Shown here: positions 1-12,156 of the stretch, piece by piece
Layout of the letters: every line of letters begins with the position of its first letter
Position numbering within the stretch: position 1 is the first letter of the stretch
Source: Chiloscyllium plagiosum
Lineage: Eukaryota
DNA: 36,388 nucleotides
Direction of reading: 5' to 3'
Assembly (NCBI RefSeq): GCF_004010195.1
Contig: NC_057719.1
Span: forward strand, 3,007,735-3,044,122
The notes under the pieces: generated by a model
Seen by the model: only the letters and a program-made list of their open reading frames with translations
Told to the model about the DNA's origin: nothing
Databases searched by the model: none
Translations under genes and position numbers: made by a program

Positions 1-1085
1 TCCAATCTGTTGTCATTCAACTCATAGCCTGTCTGCCTGTTTTGCTACCAAAATAGATGACCTCATATTTATCCATATTACGCTGCACCTACCATGTATT
101 TGTCCACAAAATTACCTTGTCCAAATCATACTACATCCTCTCTGCAACCCCCTCACAGCATACTCACCCACTCAGCGTTGTGTCAGGTCTATGTCATCAA
201 ACTCGGAGATACGACACAGTTCCCTCTTCTAAATCATTAATATACATTGTGAATAGCTGGAGTTCAAGCACTGATCTGTGGTGTACCCATTAGACACCGC
301 CTGTTTCTCGGAAAAAAGACTAGTTTATTCCTGTTGCTTGTTTCTGTCTGCCAACCAGTTCTCAATCCATTTCAGTGCATAATTTCCAATCCTATGTGCT
401 TTAATTTAACATGTTAATCTCTTATGTGGGACATTTATTGAAAGTCTTCTGAAAATCCAAGTAAAACACATCCACTCGATCCCCAATCAACTCCACTAGT
501 TACATTCTCAAAAAAAGCAAAAGTGAGGACTGTAGATGCTGGAAACCAGAGTTTGGAAACCAGGCTCTATTCCTGATGAAGGAATTTTGCCCAAAACGTC
601 AATTTTCCTGCTCCTCGGATGCTGCCTGACCTGCTGTGTTTTTCCAGCACCACTCTGATCACATTCTCAAAAGATTCCAGCAGATTTGTCAAGCATGACT
701 TCCTCTTTGTAAATATATGCTATTTTTGTCTGATCCTGTGCTCTGCTATCAGATCTCTTACATTGGACGCTAGCATTTTTTCCACTACGATATTAGGCTA
801 ACACATCTATCTTTCACTGTCTTCTGTCTGTTTTCCTTCTTAAATAGTGGGGTTACATTGACTACCTTCCAACATGTAAGAACTGTTCCAGCATCTACAG
901 AATTTTGGAAGATGACCAGTAGTGATTCTGTTATTTCCAGGGCCACTTCCTTAAGTACTCTGGGCTGAAGGGCATCAGCTCCTGGGAATTCATCTATCTT
1001 TAATCCCAGCACCACATCCCCACTAATATTAATTTCTTTCAATTTCTCCTTTCCATTAGGATCTGCATTTCCCCATATTTATCAG
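1..1085 (-). mobile_element. Old CR1 LINE ORF2 (RT) fragment, interrupted at 514-660 by a PLE mini-element; continues at 3045-3320
   Basis: Minus-strand translation gives CR1 motifs (LKIDEFPGADALQPRVLKEVA...WKVVNVTPLFKK, ORF 785-1042) plus a decayed LFTMYINDLEEG segment near 220-260; many frameshifts. Confidence 0.85.
514..660. mobile_element. PLE family-1 pseudo-LTR mini-insertion A (internally inverted), decayed hammerhead at 569-604 (+)
   Basis: 12-bp TSD acattctcaaaa (502-513 / 661-672); sequence homologous to the other eight copies; ctgatga-aggaattttgccc-aaaacgtc has GAAA mutated to AAAA. Confidence 0.85.
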
Positions 1086-1283
1086 AAATTATTTCCAGAT
1101 TTTCTATTAGATTTTTATTGTCACACGTACTCAAATACAGGAGCACAGGAGTGCAGAGAAAAGTGTCTAATGTCATCATTTAAGATACAAAAATACCTAG
1201 CTACAAAAATAAACTTAGGTACAAAATAGTAAAAGAAATATAGTTTAACAAACTAAGTCTTACCTTCCTAGAATAAGTGGAAA

Positions 1284-2974
1284 GAACAAAGAGAACAAAG
1301 AAAATTTACAGCCAGGAACAGGGCCTTTGGTCCTCCGAACCTGAGCCGATCCAAATCCACTGTCTAAACCTGTCGCCCAATTCCTAAGCATCTGTATCCC
1401 TCTGCTCCCCACCTACTCATACATCTGTCCTGACGCATCTTAAATGAATCTACCGTGCCTGCCGCTACAACCTCTGCTGGCAATGCCTTCCAGACACCTA
1501 CCACCCTCTGTGTAAAGTACCTTCCGCGTGTATTTCCCCTTAAACTTTTCACCTCTCACCTTGAACGCGTGACCTCTCGTTATTGAATCCTTCACCCTGT
1601 CTATAGCCTTCATGATTTTGTAGACCTCAATCAGGTCAGCCCTCAATCTCCTTTTTTATAATGAAAACAAACCTAGCCTACTCAATCTCTCTTCATAGCT
1701 AGCACCTTCCATACCAGGCAGCATGCTTGTATACCTTCTCTGCACCCTCTCCAAAGTGTCCACATCCTTTTGGTAATGTGCTGACCAGAACTGTAAACAG
1801 TATTCTAAATGCAGCCAAACCAAAGCCTTGTACAATTTTAACATGATCTGCCAGCTCTTATGCTCAATACCCCATCCGATGAAGGCAAGCATACTATATG
1901 CCTTCTTAGCCACTCTATCCACCTGTGTAGCCACCTTCAGGGTATAATGGACCACTCCCAAATCTCTCTGCTCATCGACTTTTCCCAAGGTTCTTCTGTT
2001 TACAGTATACCTTCCAAAATGCATCACCTGACATTTGCCCAGATTGAACTCCATCTGCCACTTCTCTGCCCAACTCTCCAGTCTACCTATGTTCTCCTGT
2101 ATTCTTTGATAGTCCCCTGTGCTTTCTGCTACTCCACCAATCTTCATCTACAAACTTACTGATCAGACCACCAGTGCCCTCTTCCAGATTATTTATGTAT
2201 ATCACAAACAACAGTGATCCCTGTGGAACACCACTGGTGTTTCCATTTCCAGAAACTTCCTTCAACTACTACTCTGTGTATCCTGTTGCTCAACCAGTTC
2301 TTTATCCACCTCGCTGAACACTCTGCACACCATGCAACTTCACTTTCTCCATTTATTTACCATGGGAAACCTTATCATATGCCTGACTAAAGTCTATATG
2401 TATGACATCTACAGTCCTTCCTTCATCTATCAACTTGGTCACTTCCTCGAAGAACTCTATTAAGTTGGTAAGGCATGACACCCCCCTGCACAAAACCATG
2501 TTGCCTCTCACTGATAAGCACATTCTCTTCCAAATATAAATGGATCCTATCCCTCAGTACCTTCTCCAGCAACTTTTCCATCAGGCTCACTGGTCTGTAG
2601 TTATCTAGAATATCCCTACACCCTTCTTGTACAGGAGGACAACATTAGCAACTCTCCAGTCCTCCAGCACTTCACCTGTGTTTAAGGGTGCTACAAAGAT
2701 ATCTATCGGGGCCCCAGCAATTTCCTCTCTCGCCTCCCTCAGCAACCTGGGATAGATCCCATCTAGTCCTGGGGATTTGTCCACTTTAATAACCTTTAGC
2801 CTACCAAACACATCTTCCCTACTTATGTCAATGTGATCCAGACTAATCAAACTTCTATCTCTAATCTCAACATTCATCTTGTCCCTCTCCTCAGTGAACA
2901 CTGATGCAAAGTAATCATTGAGAATCTCACCCATTTTCTCAGGTTCGACACATAGCCTTCCATCATTATGCTTT
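1284..2974 (-). mobile_element. CR1 LINE, 5'-truncated, with 3' end
   Basis: ORFs 1656-2147, 2083-2265 and 2605-3009 carry CR1 RT motifs (SGVPQGS, WQMEFNLGKCQVMHFG, HLEYCLQFWS, KVDKSPGLDGIYPRLL); short-repeat tail at about 1284; candidate TSD agtggaaa (1276-1283 / 2975-2982). Confidence 0.92.
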
Positions 2975-3044
2975 AGTGGAAAATAAAGAAATAAGGTAAT
3001 TGTTAACATTAAAGTCCTTCTTAATATAAACTTGAAAAATAAAG

Positions 3045-3320
3045 GATTCTGTCTTCCTTTGTGAAGACAGGACTAAAGTAGATATTTAGTGGGTCTGCTA
3101 TCTCTTTGTTCCACATTCCCCAAATTTGCCTGTTTCTCACTGTAGAGAATCTTCTATACTCACCTTGACCAATTTTGTTTTTTCTTTTCACATATTTAGA
3201 GAAGCTTTTGCTATAGGTCTGTATGTTTTCTGCAAGCTTACACTCCTATTGTATTTCCCCCCTCTCACTCAGTCTGTTTGTCTCCCTTTGCTGTAACCTG
3301 AGCTGTTCCCAATCCTCAGG
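3045..3320 (-). mobile_element. Upstream continuation of the CR1 at 1-1085
   Basis: Minus strand reads NKEIADPLNIYFSPVFTKED, the CR1 ORF2 segment that precedes the kinase-like K-SPG-D motif seen at about 980. Confidence 0.7.
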
Positions 3321-3324
3321 GTTA

Positions 3325-3425
3325 TTAGCAAAAGGCAGAGAAATGGAGTTGAGGATTATCAGATCATCAGAATGGTGAAGCAGACTCAATGGACTGAATT
3401 ATGCTGCTACATCTTATGGTCTTTA
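3325..3425 (+). mobile_element. Short CR1 3'-UTR fragment
   Basis: Similar to the CR1 3' end at 30090-30215 (gcagactc.atgg.ctgaa...ttatg). Confidence 0.55.
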
Positions 3426-3431
3426 AAACCA

Positions 3432-3532
3432 ATGAAGTATAACTTCTCTTTAGTATTGTGGGAGACATGGCAGCCTATGAGTGCATTGCAAGGTCTCACA
3501 AACAATCATGTGATAATGACCAGACAATTGCT
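3432..3532 (-). mobile_element. Deu-domain SINE (SacSINE1/AmnSINE1-like) fragment
   Basis: Diverged reverse complement of the Deu core at 3670-3770. Confidence 0.5.
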
Positions 3533-3654
3533 TTAGACTTTTGTAGCTTTTTCATTTTAACCTTGTGTTCACTATTCCTATGTGTTGCTCCTCAGCAACA
3601 ACTTCAACTACTTATCCCACTGACCCCACCCATCCAAAATATCATGGACAATTT

Positions 3655-3835
3655 TTTCCCTCAGCTGACAGAAGATCTGGTAATTATCATGTTGCTGTTT
3701 ATGGGAGTTTGCTGTGCACAAATTAGCTGCTGTGGTTCCTGCATTGCAACAATGACTACACTTCAAAACTTTTGCTGTAAAACCAAATGTGTCCCCAAGA
3801 TTCCAAAGAGTATGATATGAACGCAAATCATTTCT
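3655..3835 (+). mobile_element. Deu-domain SINE (SacSINE1/AmnSINE1-like) fragment
   Basis: ttgctgtttatgggagtttgctgtgcacaaattagctgc...acaatgactacacttcaaaa matches the recalled Deu-domain consensus; homologous copies at 9640, 16276 and 23455. Confidence 0.7.
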
Positions 3836-4032
3836 TATATACCTAAAACCACCACTAACTAGGTTACTATTCAGTACGAAACCAATACTGAAATCATTAG
3901 ACTTAATATAATCCCTCCATCCATGTTTTCTCCAGGAACTAATTCTACTGAATCCATCTATACTGTCCACCGCAAAGCCCTTGGCAGGCACTTCATCACA
4001 GAAGAGTTGTTGCTCTTGTGATAAAAAGTTGG

Positions 4033-4325
4033 ATTAGATTACATTAGATTACATTACAGTGTGGAAACAGGCCCTTCGGCCCAACAAGTCCACACCGACC
4101 CGCCGAAGCGCAACCTACCCATACCCCTACATTTACCCCTTACCTAACACTACGGGCAATTTAGTATGGCCAATTCACCTGACCTGCACATCTTTGGACT
4201 GTGGGAGGAAACCGGAGCACCCGGAGGAAACCCACGCAGACACGGGGAGAACGTGCAAACTCCACACAGACAGTCGCCTGAGGCGGGAATTGAACCTGGG
4301 TCTCTGGCACTGTGAGGCAGCAGTT
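4033..4325 (-). mobile_element. HE1-type tRNA-derived SINE, 5' end slightly truncated
   Basis: Near-identical to 4949-5289; B box GGTTCAATTCC on minus strand; (agatt/acatt)n tail. Confidence 0.9.
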
Positions 4326-4948
4326 TCTAGCCATCTTTAAGATCCCATCAAAAGGAAATCATTCACAGGAAAGATGATATAAGCAGACAACAACTTCCAT
4401 ATTAACTGCTTTAATTAAAACCTTTTAAAATACCATGCGCTCAATGAATAAACAAAGTAGTGGCTGGTTATGGAAAATTAGCTGCTAGCTTTCTGAATGG
4501 CATAACTCATTGTGAGCAGTGAGAGGTGTGTGTCAAGACTGCTCAGTGAATTAACTTGAGTAAAGCACCTGTCATCCTTTATTTTTGACATGTCAGAGAC
4601 AGATACAGTTTCTGTCTCTCCATACGGATTCATAGGTCATTTCTGATTGAGTGTGAGATCTGCTGATACTTGGTGACCAGGTGGGTTGTAACTTGCTGAG
4701 TAATCACAGCAAATACTAATATCTGCTGCAAGGAAAATTAATGACTGCTTTAATTCTGTGTCATGACTTTAAAAGACCATCAAAGCCCAGGATATTGTAT
4801 GCTTTGTAACTGTTGTCTCCACCTGTCCTGCCACCTTCATGATTTATCAGGTAAAGGTTGCCTCTCTGTATTTTTGTGCATTCTTAAAACATTGGGTTGA
4901 AATCTGAAAAAATATTTTTTGAAGTCATTGTTTTAAAGGGTTGCTGTA

Positions 4949-5289
4949 TTAGATTAGATTAGATTACTTAGATTAGATTAGATTAGATTACTTACAGTGT
5001 GGAAACAGGCCCTTCGGCCCAACAAGTCCACACCGACCCACCGAAGCGCAACCCACCCATACCCCTACATTTATCCCTTACCTAATTCTACGGGCAATTT
5101 AGCATGGCCAATTCACCTGACCTGCACATCTTTGGACTGTGAGAGGAAACCGGAGCACCCGGAGGAAACCCACGCAGACACGGGGAGAACGTGCAAACTC
5201 CACACAGTCAGTCGCCTGAGGCGGGAATTGAACCCGGGTCTCAGGCGCTGTGAGGCAGCAGTGCTAACCACTGTGCCACCGTGCTGCCC
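4949..5289 (-). mobile_element. HE1-type tRNA-derived SINE, full length
   Basis: Minus strand: A box TGGCACAGTGG, B box GGTTCAATTCC, conserved body, CR1-like 3' end and (TAATC)n tail; CpGs retained, so young. Confidence 0.92.
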
Positions 5290-5454
5290 ATTTTTGAAAT
5301 GCCTGACTCTTCTGGAGAACATTGTGTAAACAGCCTGTTTGAACAAACAGTAATGGAAATGGTTGCAGATGATTGGAGTTGTGGGATTCTATGTCCACCA
5401 TGCAACTGGGTGGCCACAAGAAATTAATTCATTTATGGAGTACTGACCAGTTAA

Positions 5455-5640
5455 TGATATCAAAACCTTTTGCCAGCCAACAAGGATAGTTCGTTCCTCC
5501 ATACCCCGGCACTAAGGTCAAGGATGTCACAGAGGGGCTACAGGACAGTCATTACCAGGAGGATGAACAGCCCAGGCTGGTGTCTACGCAGTTACCATCG
5601 ACTTACATAGGAAGGAGGATGTGGACCTGCAGTCAGAATC
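5455..5640 (+). mobile_element. CR1 ORF1 (SGNH esterase-like) decayed fragment
   Basis: Translates as PGTKVKDVTEGLQD...EDEQP, resembling the CR1 ORF1 motif LPGARVKDV.ERL..IL..EGEQP. Confidence 0.65.
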
Positions 5641-5860
5641 ACCCTAATCTCTCTGTTATCTCTTTACAAAAATTTCAGCAAGTTAGTTAAACTCAATTCT
5701 CCTTTTAGAAATCTATGCTAGGTCTTCCTAAACAATCCATCTTTTCATGTGACTACTAAATCTATCCCAAATAATTGTTTCTGGAGACTTCACCACCACT
5801 GAAGTTAAACTGACTGCTCTGTAATTGCTGGGTTTACCCTTATAACCTTTTTTTGAACAA
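5640..5860 (-). mobile_element. CR1 RT fragment
   Basis: KKGYKGKPSNYRAVSLTSVVVK (ORF 5728-5910). Confidence 0.8.
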
Positions 5861-5892
5861 TTAGAAGGATCTTGTGTTGCTATCAACAAATA

Positions 5893-6335
5893 CAACATAA
5901 GAAATACCAACAGGAGTAGGCCATCTGACCCTCAAGCCTGCTCTGCCATGTAATAAGATCATGGCTGATCTTTTTGTGAATTCAGCTCCACTTACCCACC
6001 CGCTCACCGTTACCCTTAGTTCCTTTACTGTTCAAAAACCTATCTGACCTTGCCTTAAAAATGTCCAATGAGGAAGCCTCAACTGTTTCACTGGGCAGGG
6101 AATTTCACAGATTCATACCCTTTGGGTGGAGAAGATCCTCCTTAACTCAATTCTAAATCTACTCGCCCTTATTTTGAGACTATGCCCCTAGTTCTTGTTA
6201 CACTCAGACGTGGAAGCAACCTCCCTGCTTCTATCTTATCAATTCCCTTCATAATTTTATATGTTTCTCGAAGATACACCTCATTCTTCTAAGTTTCAGT
6301 CCAAGTCTACGCAGTCTCTGCTGATAGGCCAATGG
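5893..6335 (-). mobile_element. CR1 3' fragment
   Basis: Colinear with the CR1 3' end at 7346-7800. Confidence 0.85.
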
Positions 6336-6534
6336 TCTGTGGAGAAGCAATTCAAATGAGTGAATTCCCAAAATGAATGCAGCCCAAACCAGAGCAGCAG
6401 GAAGGTTCTTAACTTCTTAACACCACCAGTTGGCAATTCCCCTCAATTCTGATCTTTCAAAAATCTTTGCTGTTAGGAATTGGCCATCATTGTCATGGTT
6501 GCTAAGACTCAGGGCGTGCTGAGTTGAGTGATTA

Positions 6535-6650
6535 CAACATAAGAACTCGGAGCAGGAGTGGGCCAACTGGCCCTTTGAGCTCCACCATTCAATAAAATCA
6601 TGACTGATCTTTTTGTGGTCTCAGCTTCACTTGCCTCCCCTCTTACCACA
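6535..6650 (-). mobile_element. CR1 3'-UTR short fragment
   Basis: acataagaactcggagcaggagtgggcc..., homologous to 7346-7460. Confidence 0.75.
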
Positions 6651-6899
6651 ACAACTATTTTCTCTTCCATCTATAGTTATGAAGTATTGAGAACAGATTT
6701 TGTCAAAGTATCTTCTAGATCCTCTTTTTACAGTTATTGATTATTTAGCTCATCTCTTTCTTTCATAAGTTAGTGGACATTGCTGTTCTGACTTTGATCC
6801 ATAAGACCAAACAATATATTCATACATAAAGTAACAATATGTGTGTTACCTTTGTTCTTTTGTTCTCATTGGTACTGTGAGCTTTCATCTTTGCTTTTC

Positions 6900-7330
6900 A
6901 TCATCTATACTAATAATTGTTGACCAAAGCACAATGGTGTAATGATCCTGAAGTATACCGATGAGATAGTATTTGGAGCTTCATAAGGAATAACTAAGTA
7001 AGCCATAGTGACATGGTGAAGAACATTTTTAAAATACTGCAATATAAATTCTCAAATTAAACAATAACAAGTAAAAGAACTCATCATAGATTTTAGGTAA
7101 AAGCAAGTTCATAAGATTATTTCCAATAAAGTTCATAGTGTGGACATTGAAATAGTTACTAACTACAATTATCTAGTTCACAAGGTAAACAATACGTTGA
7201 ACTAGAGAGAATAATATAAAGATGTTTGGGCCAAGGAACATACAGAATTATCCTTTGAGTAGGTTATCACAATCAGAAACTCTTTCTTATGGCTATAGTT
7301 GATGGCACTATCCATTTTTAATGTCTGTCT
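6900..7330 (+). mobile_element. Highly decayed Rex1/Babar- or L2-like RT fragment
   Basis: ttaaacaataacaagtaaaagaactcatcatagattttagg resembles LN..KTKELIIDFR; boundaries approximate. Confidence 0.45.
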
Positions 7331-7345
7331 TAGTACAGCTGTTTT

Positions 7346-8310
7346 AGAACTTAAGAACAAGAATTAGGAGCAGGAGTAGGCCGTCTGGTCCCTCAAGCCT
7401 GCTTCGCCATTCAATTAGATTGTGGCTGATCTTTTCGTGGTCTATGCTCCACTTACCCACCCGCATACCATAACCCTTAATTCCTTTACTGTTCAAATAA
7501 TTCTCTATCTTAACTTTAAAAACATTCAATGAGGTAGCCTCAATTAATTCATGGGGGAAGGAATTTCATAGATTCACAATTCTTTGGGTGAAGAAGTTCC
7601 TTCTCAATTCAGTCCTAAATCTTCTCCCTCTTATTTTGAGGCTATGACCTCTTGTTTACCCGCCAGTAGAAACATCCTCCTTGCTTCTATCTTATCTATT
7701 CCCTTTGTAATTTTGTATGTTTCTATAACATCCCTCCTCATTCTTCTAAATTCCAATGAATATAATCCCAGACTACTCAGTCTCCCCTCTTAAGCCACCC
7801 CTCTCAACTCTGGAATCACCCTAGTGAATCTCCTCTACGCTCTCTCCAGTGCCAGTACAAGTAAGGAGACCAAAACTGCACACAGTACTCAAGGTATGGC
7901 CTCACCAGCATCCCGTACAACTGTAACATAACCTCCCTGTATTTAAACTCAGTCCCTTTAGCAATGAAGGACAAAATTCTATTTGCCTTTTTAATTATCT
8001 GTTGCATCTGCAGACCATCTTCTGTCATTCATGTACAAGGACACCCAGATCCCTCTGCACAGCAGCATACTGCAATTTTTTTACCATTCAAACAATGGTC
8101 CTTTTTACTGTTATTCATACCAAAATGGATGACTTCACGTTTATCAACATTACGCTTCATCTGCCAGACCTTTGCCCACTCACTTAAACTATCTATATCC
8201 CTTTGCAAACTTTCAGAGTCCTCTGCACACTTTGCCCTACCACTCATCTTGATGTTATCTGCAAATTCTGACACACTACACGTGGTCCCCAACTCCAAAT
8301 CATCTACAGA
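7346..8310 (-). mobile_element. CR1 LINE 3' portion
   Basis: SEFADNIKM, WAKVWQM, LVRPYLEYCVQFWSPY motifs in ORFs 7816-8298; 3' tail at 7346. Confidence 0.92.
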
Positions 8311-8537
8311 AAGGGAGGTAGGTATTAGGGTGGTAGACTCTTTATGGTTACAGAAATTATTACACCAGACAGGAAGAATATGTGATGAACAGATCTCTCT
8401 TGAAGAAATCTACTCTCAAACAAAAGTAAAAATTGCCCTCTTTTCCTCAGTAATACTGATGAATACACTCATTAAGTGCAGAACCTCTGATGCAGGACAA
8501 AATGGCTCCTGAACTTGTTTGTGTCCTTTTCTATGAG

Positions 8538-8732
8538 GAGAAAATGAGGATTGCAGATGCTGGAGATCAGAGCTGAAAATGTGTTGCTGGAAAAGCGCAG
8601 CAGGTCAGGCAGCATCCAAGGAGCAGGAGAATCGACGTTTTGGGCAAGAAGGGCTCATGCCCGAAACGTCGATTCTCCTGCTCCTTGGATACTGCCTGAC
8701 CTGCTGCGCTTTTCCAGCAACACATTTTCAGC
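8538..8732. mobile_element. PLE family-1 fold-back mini-insertion B
   Basis: 76-bp inverted arms 8571-8646 / 8658-8733 (2 mismatches), 11-nt spacer; 33-nt unpaired tail 8538-8570; 18-bp TSD tgtgtccttttcta(t/a)gag (8520-8537 / 8733-8750); hammerhead lacks its CUGA start. Confidence 0.9.
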
Positions 8733-8934
8733 TGTGTCCTTTTCTAAGAGACCTCTTATTAGGAGATGGATGTATGGACCAGGCTATGTAGACTATGATA
8801 GAGAGTTCTACTTCTTATATTGTTATTATTTATATGTATTCTTTTCAAACAAATTAGCAAAATGGATTTCCATATGAATAAGAAGATAATTCAACAACAA
8901 AGTGGGACTTGAACCCATGGCCTTAAGACTCAGA

Positions 8935-9400
8935 GAGCTGTTTCTTCTGGAATCCTGTTCTGTGGAGATCAGTGGAGGTTCTGACAGTGAGCTCCATCAA
9001 GTCAGAATTAGATAGATTTTTGATAAAGAAAAGGTATAAAGGGGAGACAGGAAAATAGGGTTCAGAATGAATGGGTTTGAATGGCCTCATCCTGCTTCTA
9101 CACTGTGGGGAGAATGTTACTTGATAAGGCCTTGCGATTTTTAAAAAAAATATCATGCTGACATTCCTTTGTACAGCGTTTTCCCACTGAACAAAATAGT
9201 TTCTCCTTATCTACTCTGTCAAAGTCTGCAATCATCTCAAATACTTCAGTTAGATCGTCCCTTTACCTTCAATACCCTCATGTCATAATTTCACCATTCT
9301 AACCCCATTCCCAATTTGATCACTTTGCAATTCACCCTTACTTAGTCTCTTTTCTAAGGCGTGGCTTCCAGACTTGAATACACTCGACCAAATGCAACTC
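8935..9400. mobile_element. Two decayed CR1 3' fragments (+ 8935-9100; - 9150-9400)
   Basis: tggaat...gtggagg...aagtcagaattagatagatttttg...gaatggcctcatcctgcttcta resembles other CR1 3' ends in the window. Confidence 0.55.
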
Positions 9401-9639
9401 TATTGTTAACACTGTGTAATTCAGCTGAAACATTTAATGTTTTTTTTTCCATTGGGTGCATTGGAATGCAGTTGTGTACTGCTGGTGAAACAGTCAGAGA
9501 GTGATCATTAACTGCCTGTAGTATAGTATCAAAAAGCCCACTGGAAACTCAAATGCCCAATTTGGGATTCCTTCTTTTCACCAGCGGACTCCACATTGAT
9601 AAGTTTTAAAAAAAAACATAATGTCTTGTGTTTATCTCG

Positions 9640-10020
9640 TGTCTTTGACAAACTTAGGATGACTCAAAAGATTTCATAATAATAAGCTAGTATTTTTGAA
9701 GTGCAGGTATTGCTGAAATAAAGGAAATATTGCAGCCAATTTACAAATAGTAACAAAATAGTGATCAGATAATTTAGTTTTACTGATGCCTTTTTAGAAA
9801 AGGGTCATGTCGGGGAAAGTTTCAGCAAAGTCGTACAAACCAAGCTCCCAAAAAATGAGGAGAATTATGTCAGAGTGCACCTTTCAGATGAGATATTAAA
9901 CCACGTTTAAACCTGCGTGCCCTGTCAGATGAATGTAAAATATTACCAGGCACCTTTGTGAAGAGGGGCAAGGAGTTCTCTCTGGTGTCCTGGCCAATTT
10001 TTATTTATTCTTTAACATGA
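9640..10020. mobile_element. Deu-domain SINE remnants (core on - at 9640-9790; 5' body on + at 9870-10020)
   Basis: Similarity to 3655-3835 (reverse complement) and to 15500-15630 / 23455-23540 (gaagag...ggagttctc...gtcctggccaat.tttat). Confidence 0.55.
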
Positions 10021-10565
10021 TAAAGAAAGGACAAGGATTTTGGAAAATGCTGCAAAAAGGGGACTATTCTCTGTAAAATCAGGATAACGGATTGACTTTC
10101 ACCTCCAACATAATATAGTTTGAATTTGAAAACTACTGTCATTCAGGTCAATCGTGGCAGCAGCAGGGTTGGCAGTGTTTGGCTCCTGAGTGCGGCCGCT
10201 CATTGCTCACACGGTGGGTTCTGCTGCACCCATGTGGCTCCATTGTTGTCTTTTCAGCTCGGTAATATTTTGTGGATTGGGTTGCCCTGGGGCCTCCTCC
10301 GGAGGACCGCCTATGGGATGCTGGGCCCTTGCAAATCTCCATCCCCGCTCCATCTCAGGTGGCGGCATCAGAAAACAGGCTAGGACCCGGGTGGTCGATG
10401 TCTAGCATCAGAGGAGGTACAGGATCTTGCAATGTGACTGTCTCCAGCTCAGAGGTGGTGGACACAGAAGCAACAGCGCTGGTGTCAGCAGGAAAGGAGC
10501 ACATTGCCAGAACCTTGGGGACGATGTCCAACAGCAGTGACTGGAGGTGAAGAGAGGGTGATGTT

Positions 10566-10988
10566 CATGAACATCAACTAGCCACGAAACGACATGACCA
10601 GCTATCCTTAGTAGCCACATACGCAGACAACAAGCAACATGAATTCGACTGGGACAACACTACTATCATAGGGCAAGCCAGACAGAGAACAGCCAGGGAA
10701 TTCCTAGAGGCATGGCATTCATCCACAAACTCCATCAACAAACACATCGACCTGGACCCAATATACCAACCACTACAGCGGACAGCTGAAACTGACAACC
10801 GGAAGCGGCAGGGACAGACCATTATAAACACCGGAGGAAACATCAAAGAAGCACTTCGCAGGAGGCTCCCAAGCACTGATGATGTCGCCTAGCCAGGGGA
10901 TGAAACGTTTGCAACAAAAACTTCCAGCTCGGCGAACAGAACCACAACAACGAGCACCCGAGCTACAAATCTTCGCACAACTTTGAAC
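10566..10988 (+). mobile_element. Penelope-like element family 2, 3' fragment (GIY-YIG C-terminus + pseudo-LTR)
   Basis: Uninterrupted HEHQLATKRHDQLSLVATYADNKQHEFDWDNTTIIGQARQRTAREFLEAWHSSTNSINKHIDLDPIYQPL; homologous to 13705-14118. Confidence 0.9.
10873..10912 (+). ncRNA. Minimal type-I hammerhead ribozyme motif (PLE family 2)
   Basis: GCA-CUGAUGA-U-[GUCGCCU AGCC AGGGGAU]-GAAAC-GUU-UGC: helix I GCA/UGC, helix II 6 of 7 bp, palindromic ACGU helix III. Confidence 0.75.
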
Positions 10989-11411
10989 TGCAACTTGTGA
11001 TTGCTGTCAGGATCAAATACAATTTCACAATGACCACCTTTACTGACTGTCTTCAGTACTCACCCATGACATTCCAGAGGGCTGCCGATGCCAATAGAAT
11101 GGTCCCTGCAGCAACAGAGCTGGCCCTTGGAAAGAGTGGAATATTAGTCAAAGCATAATCTTTGTGGGGTTGATTGTCAATGGAATACTGTTACCTTTAT
11201 CATCCTATAATTGCCATTCAACCAGATGGAAAGGCTTCAGTGATTACAAGGAGTGAAATAAATTTATCATACAGAGAACAGGTCTTTAATGTCATCCTTA
11301 ATTGATTCCTCACAATCAAACTAGTCTCTTAGCTCCCAAGCAAGCTTTGGTTTATATCCCCATTCATTACATCTGTCTAGAGCGCCACGCATTGTGATTT
11401 CAACAAAGCAT

Positions 11412-11700
11412 TAAATCCCTACTGTGCAGAAAGAGGCTGTTCAGCCCATCGAGTCTGCATTGCACCTCTGAAGAGCAAACTAAACAAACCAATCCCCTAC
11501 CCTACTCCCATAACCCTGCATTTACCATGGCAGATCCATATGGCGTGCACAATTTAGTACAGCCATTCCACCTTTGGACTGTGGGAGGAAACCGAGGCAC
11601 CTGGAGAAAACCCACACAAACACGGGGAGAATATGCAAATTCCACACAGAATATTGTCTGAGGGTGGAATCAAACCCGGGTCCCTGATGCTATGAGGCAA
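11412..11700 (-). mobile_element. Diverged HE1-type SINE
   Basis: tttggactgtgggaggaaacc...aacccgggtccctgatgctatgaggca, homologous to 4949-5289. Confidence 0.85.
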
Positions 11701-12156
11701 TGTATAGGATGAGCTGAAGGGTAAAATTATTGATGATACTCAACAGCTGCATGACCTTGAATGAGTCCTGTGGAAATTCCTGTCCACGCCTAAGATTGAA
11801 CAATCAGCGTGTTTTTTTTTGTAGTTATTTTTCTGTACTTGCTGTTTATTACACCGCGTAAGAGAGAGAGTTTCATCCTGGATCGTTGGACTCCACCTCA
11901 AATCAGGATCATGAATGGTGCCAGGAACAAGCTCAGCCTTCAGACCAGCCATCACTCAAGGGGTCCCCGACGTACAAGAGGGGGTGAGGCTTATTGTGTT
12001 TTTCTTTCTTAATTCTTTTTATTTACTAAGTAAATGCTCCTATCTTTTTTGTCTTTTATAAACAATCATATTTAAGAAATTTGCTGTTGTTAAGTATTCT
12101 CTTAACTACATTTAACTGAATCCAAAAGAATCACTTGGATACACTCTGTGATCTAA

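Noticed and set aside
4605..4619. Short hairpin gagacaga...tctgtctc near 4596-4618
   Set aside because: An 8-bp stem is too short for a miRNA precursor and is plausible by chance
4059..5329. Duplicated 'MWKQALRPNKSTPT...' ORFs and tRNA-like A/B boxes
   Set aside because: Antisense translations of SINE copies; the tRNA-like heads are SINE promoters, not tRNA genes
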